NCBI RefSeq assembly: GCF_001194135.2
Contig: NC_068988.1
Coordinates: 27,977,823-28,041,822, forward strand
Reading direction: 5' to 3'
Source: Octopus bimaculoides
Taxonomy: Eukaryota
DNA: 64,000 bases
In this document: piece by piece, positions 13,505 through 26,600 of the stretch
How positions within the stretch are numbered: position 1 is the first letter of the stretch
Layout of the letters: each line of letters begins with the position of its first letter
Notes under the pieces: generated by a model
The model's database searches: none
What the model was told of the DNA's origin: nothing
What the model saw: the letters and a program-made list of their open reading frames with translations, nothing else
Translations under genes and position numbers: made by a program

Positions 13505-16500
13505 GGTGGTGTGTTGGAGCAACCAGAACTTATTGAATCAAATATTGTAAATATTAGCAGTGAGATAAAATGTAATATCAAAGCTGACTGGTTGGATTTG
13601 AACTCTGTCATTAATCAATGAAATTAATTACTGCTCAGCATGTTACCACCTGTGCCACCCTTACAAACTTGATAATAATCTCACAATATATTGTATTAAG
13701 ATAACAGTAATAATAATGGTTTAAAATGTTGGCACAAGACCAGTAATTTGAGGGATATGGAGTTAGTGACATGATTATATATTTTATGATTTAGGTTTGT
13801 ATGTTTTTGAAACAACTAAGGAATGAAGTTAAATAAAGTTTCATATTACATATTTGAAATGACTAATAAAGTTTGTTGATTAGTTATCATTTGTCAATTT
13901 CATGCAACCTCTTGCTAGAATAAATGTTTCCCTAATACAACATAACGAGCAAGCTTGCTAATTATATAATTAATAAATTGACAACAAACAGATTATTTAT
14001 TCATTTCCCTCTTTTGTTTTCTCTCATTCCAGGTCTCTGTGGAGAATTTAGATTATAGTAAAAAGCTTGAGGCATTCAAGGATACACAGCATAAATTGGC
14101 CAAAGAAGTGAGTATTAACTTGGTTTATTTCAGTTATTATTGAAATAGTATTCCCTTCATCTCTCTCTGGAATTTGTACAGAAAGATTTTGCTTGTTTTT
14201 TTATTTTTGTATTTTTTTAAAAATTACAGTCTAAACAAGGGAAATAGTAAACTTTTTCCCCAAAAATTTTCCTGTTGCTTTCTTCCCCTATAAATATGAA
14301 AAGTTTGTTAACAAATCTTTTGTGGCAATATTGGTAAACTAGTTTATATTTACTAACAAGATACTCTGCCCTTGCAGGGAGACCCCAATGATGTTAGATT
14401 TTATAGGCTCTGGTAAAGCTGTGTAGTTCAGAAGCTTGCTTCCCAACTATGCACAGTACCTTTGGCAAGTGTCTTCTACTATAGCCCAGGGCTGACTAAA
14501 GATTTATGAATGGATTTGATTGATGGAAATTCACTTAGACAAGGTGGCTTTTCCCTTTTCTTGTTCAGTTCCTGTCTTGCATGTTACTTGGCAACCTCAC
14601 TAGTGATTGGGCATGAAAACAAGCACCCAGCACTCATTGTAAAGTGGTTGGCATTAGGAAGGGCATTCTATAGAAACCATACCAAAACTGACATTGGAAC
14701 TTATTACAGTCCTTTGACTTCCTAGATCCAACCCATGTCAGCATGGATAACAGACCTTAAATAATGAGTTTCTGTAAGAAACATATTTTATCTATTTTAT
14801 TTATTTATCTATTTTCAGCTATCTGAATGGCAGGATCGCTATGATGAATTATTAGAATTATTTGAAGAAGTCCAAGATGAGTTACGAACATTACGTCGTA
14901 AGCACAAACCAAGTGCCTCAAAGCACTATATGTCTACATCATCTTTAATGAGGGGAGACTCCCTCGCTTCAGAACTTGAATCATCAATGCGAGGTGAGAT
15001 AGAATACCCAGCTGGCTACTCACCGGCTGAGAGAAGGTAAATACCTACAAACAATGCTTTTTATCTAACATTCGAAATATTGGTTGTTCCCAAGGTTTAG
15101 ATACTATGAATAAACTGGTATTTGAAACTGCTAATTTGTACTGTGAAAATGTCGGCTATCTTCAGGTTGTAGTTTTTATTGTCTTTGAATATGATGAAAA
15201 CAATAAAGATTACAACTTGATATTGCTTCTATAATTTCTACTATTTTCTTAAAATATTTTTATTAAACTTACTCATTCTTGTTTCTGGGTTAATTTATAA
15301 TTATAATTTGCACATGGCACAAGTGTGACTGTATAGTCAAGAACCTTGCTTCATAACCATAAGGTCTCAGGTTCAGTCCCACTGCATTGCTCCTTGGGTG
15401 AGTGCTTTCTACTAAATCCCGAGGCCAGCCATAACTGTGTGACTGGATTTGGTAGATTGAAACTGAAAGAAGCCTGTTTGTGTTAGTGTGTGTGTGTCCG
15501 CCTGCTATCCACCCTTGTCTTTATATCATGTGATGGTTTGGATGTGACTATCACCTCCATATATGCAAGATTGTTCATTTCCAGACTTCTACAAAAGAAA
15601 CATGTCTGGCCATGGAGAAATATTACCTTGCTCTCAAACAGGTGATGGTTGGCAACAAGAGGGGCATCTGGCCAAAGAAAATCTTCCTCAACAAATTCTT
15701 GTGTTGATGAAAAGCTGACAGAATTGTTGACATGTCAGATGAAATGCTTAATGGCATTTTTCAGGCTCACTTATGTTCTGAGTTCAAATTCTGTCAAGGT
15801 TGACTTTGCTTTTTCTCTTTTCAGAGACATTTAAATAAGTACCAGTCAAATACTGGGGTCGATTGACTAATCCCTTCCCCCTGCTGGCCATCTCCACAAT
15901 TAGCAAGAATTACAAGTTGTGTTAAAAATCTTTTCTACTCTAGGTGCAAGGCCCAAAATTTTGGGAGAGGGAGCTAGTTGATTAGATCAACCCCAGTATG
16001 CAACTGGTACTTAATTTATCAACCCCGAAAGGATAAACAGCAAAGTCGGCCTTGGCAGAATTTGAACTCAGAACATAAAGACCGACAAAATACTGCTAAG
16101 CATTTTGCCCAGCGTGCTAACATTTCTGCCTGCTCACCGCCTTGCAAGTTGTGTTAAAAATGTCATCATGATGCTATTGTTAAGTTTATTTTCATTGTTA
16201 CTTGTGTTAAATATTGGCAATATGATGTTTTTCTCACATTCTAGAATTCATAACTGGAAAATCTTTGAGACTGCTCGAGCTGCTAAAAAAGCATCCCAAA
16301 GAATGAAAGATAAACGAAGCAGTTCTCTTTTCTTGAAAGCTGCAGGTGGTGATAGCAGTACCCCAGGATCTGCTAGTGTCTCAGTGAGAAGCTCCCTCTA
16401 TTTGTCTGACGGAGAATCCTTTATTAGTGATGGCTACAATGCTGATTTGGACAGTATGTCTGGGTAAGGAACCTACTTTGTATTTCTTACTGGATCTAAG

Positions 16501-19172
16501 ATCAAATGTGTATTGACATTTCGGTCCCCTGTCTCTCTATCTAACAAGATAACATTTTCCCACTGGCAACTTCTATTTTCCGTTTGGATATTTTTATTTC
16601 AGTCTTTCACTTACCTGTGTAGGTCAGAACAATCCAATTTAAATTTACAATTTCTATGCATAAAATGAAATGAAATTCTTATTGAGTGTATTTAAAACAA
16701 GAACTAGTAAAACAGCTTGTTAAGGTACCACCTAAATCATGAGATCGTTATCTCCCCCAGCATTTTATTTATAGCTTTTTTTTGTCTTCCTGAAAATTAA
16801 ATATGTCAAAATTTCTCTTGATCTTTGATTCCAGTCATCCACGGATTTTATTTTTTTTATTTTTTTTTATTGTTCATTAAAGCTATATTTTTTTAATTTT
16901 TTTTATTACAAAACTTTTCAACAAAATATATATATGTCTATTTTTCAAGATGGCCACCTTTCAGAGCTTACAGGTATTGTACATTTCTGAGCTGAACGTT
17001 TCCTTGACTACATATGTATATAATCTAGTGCTTGGGAGAAAATTCCCACATTTCCAGAGTTTCACAGCTAACATTTGCTAATATATAATAGAAAAAAAAA
17101 ATCTGATGACATATTTTTTACTCATACAATTTAATTGAAATATCAAAGCTGCTTGGCATTCATTATTTTTCTCAGGTGGTAGGGAAGTCCTTTAAATAAT
17201 CAATCTGTGCAATAATTAATTTGGCATAAAAACTAATCTATTTTTACAATTTCAACTTTTAGTTGTTTCCAAAATATGTATCTGAAACCTATATCTGACT
17301 TATACAAAAACAGAGGAGATTCTTGTTGCGATTATTTCTCAGAATGTATATTTCTTTAAACATTTAAAGTAAAGGAAAGAATTAACTCCACTTAAAGAAA
17401 ATAATGATAATAATTAACAGGTACAAAAAGGTAGATTAATTTTTTGTATTACTAAATAAATATTAGGTGATGCATTAAAATGAAATTACTTATATTTCTA
17501 AATTTGATGCAAGCTTAACTATATGGTTAAAAAGCTCACTTTGCAACCGAGTCATTTTGGGTTCAGTCCCACTGCATGGCACCTTGGGCTGACCAAAACC
17601 TTGTGAGTGAATTTGGTGGACAGAAACTGTGTAGGAGCTTGTCATGTATATAAATCATCCCTGTAAGAAGTGTCCTTGCTGTAAAATTGACATGCATGGT
17701 TCAAGTCTTCTGACTTCTTGGAGAAGGCAGTGGAATGTCTGATGCAATTAGTTATAAACAACAATTATTTTCTGGCATTTATTACTTGTAATTTTTCTAT
17801 AAAAGTTATTAGATTTAAAGATAATTTATTATGATATAATCACAGTATAGTGTGATTTTGTTAAAATATCTATTGGGCTTAGATTATGAAATTGTAATGA
17901 CAAAAACAGTCACATATTGGAGAATGACTTAGAAGAAAGTTTAATCTTCAATATTTTTATTTACTTAAATTACACACACAAACTGTGTGTGTGTGTGTAA
18001 TCTTATTAGAAAAATTAAGACCAAAATCAAAAATAGTATTTCATCTTTTTATTTCACATCCCAACCGGTTTTTACTCTGAGTTCTTCAAAAGAAAATGAG
18101 AAAGAGTAGGTTTTTAAGCAGTTACTGTCCAAGGGAGACTGACAGGCAGATACAATAGTAAGAATCCGATTTGGCAGACAAATACATTAATGAGAATATG
18201 TATGAGTAATGAGAACTCATTAGGTGATGAAAACGATTGCTGTAGTGATAGTTTGGGATTGTTTTTATTGTTTCCATTTTACTCTGTATGTATTATTTGT
18301 GGAATAGATTGACATGTTTAGCTATTATCTTAGCAGCTGATGTGTTGATGCTTTTCTTAGTATCAATCACTAGTTTCAGTTAGATAGACTGAAATAGCTG
18401 AGTTAAACCATACAAGTTTCTTTTTATTCTGTCTCTTTTTTTTATTTCTCTCATTCTCTTTTACTCTTTAACACACACAGAATACATACACACACACCAC
18501 AACACACCACACTGCAACACAACACAACCACACTGCAACATGCTACACAGCAACACACCACACTGCACCACACCACACCACAACACAACACACTTTAGAC
18601 AAAGGACCTTAGGTTCCCAGACATAAACACCAATCCTTATCCTGCAAACACCAATTAGTAGTTTCCAGGAAACTTTATAAATAATATGAAATGTCTTGAA
18701 ATTAGTATCAAAGCTCTGAAAATCTGGAATTTTATTGCCTCTATTTCCAGTGCTTTTATATATATAAAATATACTTTTTTACATTTAAATAAAAAAAAAA
18801 AGCTCTGAGTTTTTAAGAGGAAAACAACTTTGTATTGAGTCAAATATTATTAGAAAACTCTGAAATTTTCTTTGTCATCACAGACTAGGTCAATATATGA
18901 ACTGCTTTAATTCAGTATATCCCAATCTATTTTGATTTGCTGATGAAGATAATATTTATAATTACTTTAGATTGTGTGACTGCGTAGGTCAAATATTAAA
19001 TTGTATCATTACAATTTCTTCTTGTATCTTGAATATAGATATAAATATTAGCTACACAACCTTATGTGAGTGTATGTATGTATATATATATATATATGTG
19101 TGTGTGTATGTATATGTCTATATGTGTGTATGTATATGTGCATATGTATGTATGTGTATGTATGTTTATGTG

Positions 19173-19227
<55 letters not shown>

Positions 19228-20568
19228 CTATCACACGCTACACACCTTCCTTCCAAGTACTGCTGTAAACAGCAGAAGTGAGCTAGAACATTGAAACTTA
19301 GTGTGCATGCACAGCAGAGTTCAAGGTCAATCTTTGCCAAGCGGCTTCACTCTGCATACTTTAGCTTTGTTGCTATGACAACAGTCCGAATACTTATTGA
19401 TCAGACCTCATATATTGACTAATTCTCTATACCGATCTGGAAGTTCATTAATAAAGAACAGTTCCTTTTAATTTTTCAACAAGCCTTTATGTTTAGAAGA
19501 ATCATATCCATGGGTACTTTCCTTTGGAATCTGAAATATTAACTGAAGCTTTTCTTGTACATTTACAAACAGTATTTTCACCAAATATTTCATGCATGCT
19601 TTCAAAGTTTTTGGGGAAAAAAAGTAAACAGATATGGCTTAACTTATTAGAAATACTGTTTTGTCAAATCGAAAGGTCAGCCATGTCAGATTTGATACCA
19701 AGTTCATAGAGTTCTGCTTGCTAAAATCGCCACTATGCCCCGGTGCATACTTCACCTAACTGTGAACATGGTCTCTTTTTATTGCAATAAAATAGAAAAT
19801 AACCCAAGAATAATTTTTTAAGTCCAGGGGTATCATAAAGTCTTTGTGCAATTTTTTTTTACTTAAATTTAAACATGTACAAAGCTTTTATAATGGCACT
19901 ATGTATAAAAGAAAAAAATGAGTGTTAAAATACAATTCTTTAAGCAAGTATCTGTTGGGTACGTTTATAAAAGAAGTTGTTGTTGCACTGGTTCATCTAA
20001 TTTGAAGAGGGTGCATACAAACAGATAAACAGAATGAGAATGTTAGGGGTATATATATAGAGATGAGCTTTAAAAATAATTTCCCTATCAGATATTGTGC
20101 GCTTATTTATTCTTCTAAATGTAATTCAAACACAAATCAATACACTTGGTTTCATATATATATATTAGGTTGCTCTAATCTGTGATGACTTTAGTCTATC
20201 TTCTCTCTATTAACAACTTAAAAGCTGTTTTCATTTACCTTTGTTTGCTTAGCTATTTTGGGCTTTTTTTGAAATTTGTTGGAGCATGAATTCCATTTCA
20301 ATTTGAAAGGAAAAAAACAAAAAAAAAACAGCTTCTTTTTGCCTTCTGTTCATAGTCGTGTGAGCGTGTGTTGCTCGATTGCTGTGCCTGCTGTTATTCT
20401 ATTGCTATTTCAGCTGCAGGTGGTCTTCAATAATTCTGTGCACAGCTGTCTTGTTATGTATTTATATATATATATATAAATATGCATATGCACATGTGAC
20501 TTTATTTATTTAGTAGTTGTTGTTCAGAAACTGAGTAAACTGATTTAGCAACAGGATTCCAAATACAC

Positions 20569-20612
<44 letters not shown>

Positions 20613-23600
20613 GCTTAAACTAATATAAAGTTCATAAAAACTTGTCCTTCTTGTATTGTCATCTTTCTGTGCTCATTGCTTTCTTTCATCTCTCTCTCTC
20701 TCTCTCTCTCCCTCCCTCCCTATTTATGTATGTATGTCTCTATGTATGTGTGTGTATATGTGCGTGTGTATGAGTATTGAATATTTGATATTTCTTTTAA
20801 ATCAATCAACCGCCTACAAAAGTTCACTAAAAATCACAATATGAAAAAGAAATGCAATCTCTGTTGCTAGATCAAATCAATAATTCTATTGCAGTTATCA
20901 ATAGCAGTTTCTTTTAACTATTATATTTTTCTGATCAGTATGACCATATTTATATCAAACAAAAATAATTGGTTCTATTTTTGGTAGTAAACTTTGAAAT
21001 CCTACTCAAGCACAACTTGGCAGCTCATTCTCTCTTGCATATATAAATAAACTACATGGTTTGAATGTGCACATTCTCAGTTCTCTTTAGGTCTTGTATC
21101 TCGTAGCTTACATTTTTTTAACTTAGCAACTTTCTTCAGTCACATTTCTCTTTATGTGTGCATCTGAATGAGTGTACGTCATATCTGTCATCATATATAA
21201 TAATAATAATAATAATAATAATCATGAAATTATTGCGTATAGTGCTCAGGTGCACCACAACTCATCAAAGGTGTATGTACAGTACATGGAATTATGTACA
21301 AAAGTCAGGAAAGTGAACAGTGTATGAGTCATGATATACATATGTGCATGCGTATGGAGGGGGGAATATCAGGTGTAGTGTTGGTGAATTTCAGGAAGCA
21401 TAGAGGTTTTAAAGAATGCAATGTCTCAGCAACTAAGGAACAAGTGGTCTCGTCATTCTTATCTTCAGAAATGTGGCAGACCAATGATAGGCCTATAAAA
21501 ACCTGCAATCAACAAATAAATATATATATTAGGGGGTACTGAAAAGTTCCTGGCTTAAAGGTTATCATGAAAGGCCTGGTTGCAGGCCCAACCTTCCAAG
21601 TTCTTTTATAGGGCTTAAAAAAACTGAAGGACTGCTGCAATAAGTGTGTAATTCTGAAAGGGGAATATGTTGAATAAAACTGATCCTCCTGCATTTTCTT
21701 TTACCCAAAATCAGGAACTTTTCAGCACCCCCTTGTGTGTGTGTATATGTATGTATACACACACATACCTTGTTTTCTTCTCTTTTTGTCAGAGACATGG
21801 CAGATATAAGGTTTCTGAGATGATCTTCAGACCTTCACTATTTGATAATTATTTTAGGTTTAGCACACTATATTTGTTATGGGTGTGGTCCTTATATTTA
21901 TAATGTAATTGTATAGTCTAGTTTAAAGATAGCAGAGACTCGAGATAGTAGCAAGTACGTTAAGGGAAATTTTATCTGCTAATTTGGTAGAAGCACCTAA
22001 ATGTTGGTTATGTTTGATAGAGGCATTCCAGCACAGAACGTATTCATTGAAAACAAACTTCAAAATATATGTACAATATGGTTTCTCTCATGGTACAGTG
22101 TGGCATATCTTAGTCTTACATACTGCTTAAAAATAGTTTCTGAACTTTCTACTCAATTATTCTGAAACATTATTTTATAAATATTGGGAAGACACCATCA
22201 TTACATCAAAAAATTTATTTTAAACCATTATTCTCATCTTCTTCATATTTCTTAATCATCTTACTTGTATTAACAAGTATAGCCAGAGGGAGCCACATGT
22301 CTCATTTATTACTAATTCATCAAACAAGACAAATGATTAGCCAACTACTTCTCTTGTTTCTAATCTATAATTTTAACTAGAAAACCTCCCAAATCTATGA
22401 TTCCTTACATTGTATCCAAAAAGAATTTCTTCTATCAAATACTGTTTTCTCCTCCACATGCATATTTTCTCCACTGCTTCTCAATGTTTACATGTAGCAT
22501 CTTACACTGATATTACAATCCTGTTCTTTCACATTCCATCCATAATAGCGATACACACCACAAATTCTAGCTATACACACCTCGAATTCTAAGCCTTGTG
22601 TATGACACAAAGATAGCATAATAACTAAATCTCCAAAAGAATAAATACCCTCTCAGCACTCCTTAATCCAACTTGTGGTCAAAATAAGGGAAAGCTGGCG
22701 CCACTTTATCAGCAGAACATCAAGTCTATCATAGACTTTGCCTATCTTATTGGCTTTTAATGTTTGTATTAAAACTGCAATAAAATAAAAGATTGAAGAA
22801 AGAACCGTAATTATATGTCGTTACCTGCTACCAGCATACCGTGCTCATTGATCACAAATAATAAAACCAATATAATCAAATTCAATGTGTTCAGTTGTTG
22901 ATTAGTCTGTTCCAAGTTGTGTTGCCATGGCAACATCCAAATCCGTTAATCACAAGAACCACTATTATAGTAATGTTTTAAATACTTTGGGTACAAAGAC
23001 CAGTGTTAGTTTTGCAAACTCTTCATCATCATCATATTATATTTGCTTTCCATGCCAGCATGGGTTGGTCGGTTAATCAAAGCTTGAGTCAGTTCTTAAA
23101 GGGAGCCACCACCATCATATACAGGTCAGAGAGCCATATCTAACTCATATGCTTTGTTTTTTACTTGATTTCTGCAGTTGGATGCCTTTATGAATAACTA
23201 ACTATAGAAAGTTCTAATGAAGTAAGAGCTGACCCTGTTTGCCTTCTAAGCATATTAAAAAAAAGAAAAAAAGACTGAATAATAAATTGGAAGGAATGTA
23301 GCCATACTACATTCTATGCAGCTAATGCTGTCTAGTAGATTGTGCATCTTGATCTCAGAGCATTCTAAAGTGTCTGTGTATGTATATATGTATATAATCT
23401 GGTGTGCTGAATGTGCGTCACTCAACTGTTCTATTGACGATACATGATCGAAGCTTACTGGATTCACATGTAACTTATGTATTTTTCACTAGATTTCCCC
23501 TCACTACTTACGAGAGAATAAGTTGTTGTTGGTGAAAGATTTGAGTTCCTATAATAGTTTCATTATATCCCACCAGTTGCAATCTGTTATTTGGATATAT

Positions 23601-26600
23601 TCAATGTCCCTAATGTGTGAACTGTTCTAAAAATAGTCTTCAGTTTTCATATAGAAACATTCATCATAAATCAGTATGTAGTACAGTGTATGGGCGTTAT
23701 ACACCTTGAATTAAGCCTACACTTAGCCCTGTAAATAAATTAGTCTGTCTTTAATGTTTTTGCATTCCTCTACTGATATAATTATTTTCTGTCTTAGTAC
23801 CAGAGAATTTACTTTGAAAGTAGCAAATATAAAATATAGAAAATATAAAATTATTCTTTAGCTTCTGACTTGGTCCTGTTTCATAATAATAATAATAATA
23901 TAAAAAGAGAATGACCTAGCAATGTCCTAAAACTTTCAGACATTCCTTAATTTTCCTGGAGAATAACTTTTGAAATTCTCTGTAAAAAAAAAATATTGTG
24001 TTTATAATGGGGTGTAAGGCTAAGTGTCTTGTATTATATATTTTCATTGTCCTGCATTCTGTTTCCAAATCCTGCCAAGATTGATGAAATGGGTGTTGTG
24101 TTTAATCAGTCAGCTATATTTTCTCTTATTTAAAAATATTGACATTGTCACCCATTCAAAAAATATCAATTAGACAACAAGCTAAAAACTTCTTCCATTA
24201 ATTGTTTCTCAATTTATGTGAGACTAACTTAACTAATGTCTTCGTTTTTTGCATTTACGTTTCATACAACTTAACATGGTTTATTTTCTGATATCTAAAA
24301 ATTGATTTGAATTCTGATCTTTAAAATATTAATGGTGAAATGACTCTACTTCAAAAGTGTATCGTATAAGAAAGGATTAATTTGTATATCTCTGAAGACT
24401 TGAAACTAGCAGAGAAAAAAATGTATCACTTCTTTATGTACATTTGAATGGGAATCAGATATTGGAGATCAACTCTTTTTGTTTTTACGTGTTTGCAATA
24501 TTATTTGACTGTTTCACCAATATTTCAAATAAGCAGAGTGTGTCAATTTCTTATTAACCTTCTCCCTGCTATGTGCTATACAGTTCCAACTCTACTAACA
24601 TTGGCCGTCCTGGTGTGCCTGGGTCCAATGATTTAGAAACAGCCCTAAGACGTTTGTTGGTCAAACGACCGTGGGATATTAATGACAAAGATGGTAAGAG
24701 TTCTTCTGACTCTAGTAAAGAAAATGAAAAGACACAAATCTCTTTGGATCCCACATTCAGGTTGGCAAAATTCTTTCATTCTTCGTTTAACACAGTATCT
24801 ACCATATTTACTTGTATAAAAGTCACACCCCTAATTTAATCTAGATATGAAATTTTCTCCCCTCATGTTCAAACTTGATATCAGCTTTGCTACACACACA
24901 CGCACACGCACGCACACACACACGCACACACACACGCACGCACGCACACGCACGCACNNNNNNNNNNNNNNNNNNNNNNNNNNNNNNNNNNNNNNNNNNN
25001 NNNNNNNNNNNNNNNNNNNNNNNNNNNNNNNNNNNNNNNNNNNNNNNNNNNNNNNNNNNNNNNNNNNNNNACGTTATACTTCAGTTTTTATTTAGTTAAA
25101 AATCACTAAAATATTGTGACTTACACACCAGTAAATATGGTATTTACCAATTCTTGAAACTGGGGACTTTCTTTTTTTTATTCTATTTTGCTTTATTGAA
25201 ATCTATTTTGATTCTTCATACTAATTTATTTTCACACTTTTTTTTTTTGATCCACTTTATACTAATTCATTTTGTTATACATTATGATTGGTGTGATAAA
25301 AATTTAAAAGCTATTGTAAAATGGACTTTATTGGATGCTTTGCTTCGGCACTGCCATCTGTAATTGCCGTTACTATTCTTGTTTGTTTTAATTAAAGTTT
25401 AATTAATATACCCTTATGATACGCTGTCCACAAGTTGTACAGGCAATCCTATCTCACTTTCTGTCAATATGTTTGGAAGGTACCAAATATAATTGAAAAA
25501 AATAATCTGCACGAAAAGGATGGTCAGCATGATTATTAATTGTATTACCTCATTCCCAGTAATTAATTCAGTCAGATTTAATCAATATTAAAATGAAATT
25601 TGTGTACATTATAAACCTAAGATGTGCAATTACTGAAAGATAGTTTACATCTTACTGGTTTCATGAAAACAAACTGTTATAAAAATTTGACTGATTTTTG
25701 TTTTAACCCTTTGCCCACTCCCTCTTGCTTGTGTGCCCTAGACCCATCTTGCTCGTTTCTTACATCTGTTAATTTGTGAAGTTTGGTTTCACTTGATACA
25801 TTTCGTTTTGTTTCTGTTAGACATCAGTTTTTAAAATAAAAAAACCTGTCATCATTACTTATTGATCAGGTTCCAAATGATTTTAAGGTGTCTGTTTATT
25901 ATTGAAATAAATTTTAAATTATTTGGTATTGTTTTTTATTTATTTCAGTGATGGCTTCAGCACACCTATGCTCTCTGGCACACCTGAGAGCATGTTGTCA
26001 TCAGGAGTATCTGCATTATCTGCCACTGGGAGTGCAGGTTTGCATTTTAAGATACCCGAAAAATTACAAATTGTCAAACCAATGGAAGGTAAGGTTACAA
26101 TAAATCTTTGAAATCTGTTTAGATGTTTGATACCAATTTATTTTTTATACACATTTTTTCATCCACTTTATACTAATTTATTTGTTATACATTATTTGGA
26201 ATTTGAAATTTGAACCTGAAATCGAATCCGACGACTGGCACCTATGCCAACCTCTCCTTCATTGGACACTAAACTCTGCTTGTGAAGACCTGTTGGGGCA
26301 AGTGAAATCGAAATTGAACCATTCTTGATGACTGGTCACCGTGCCAGTGGGGCACTAACAGCACTGTCGAGCGTGTTCATTGCCAGAGCAGCTGTCTGGC
26401 TTCTGTGCTAGTGGCCCGTAAATAGCACCATTAGAGCGTAATCATTACCAGCGTTGCCTTCTAGCACTTGTGCTGATGGCACGTTAGAAAATCATTCGAG
26501 CAAGGTCATTGTCAGTGCCGCTGGACTGGCCCTCGTGCCGGTGGCATGTAAAAGCACCCACTACACTCTCGGAGTAGTTGGCGTTAGGAAGGGCATCCAG

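Noticed and set aside
18118-18310. ~65-codon open frame in a TRAK intron
   Set aside because: Available acceptors are phase 1, incompatible with the phase-2 intron; no motif.
18485-18595. Degenerate ACACC/ACAAC pentamer array
   Set aside because: Ordinary decayed microsatellite.
18972-19340. Overlapping YIYI/CVCV/HTHT ORFs (also 13351, 36757, 39166, 40020)
   Set aside because: Dinucleotide microsatellites.
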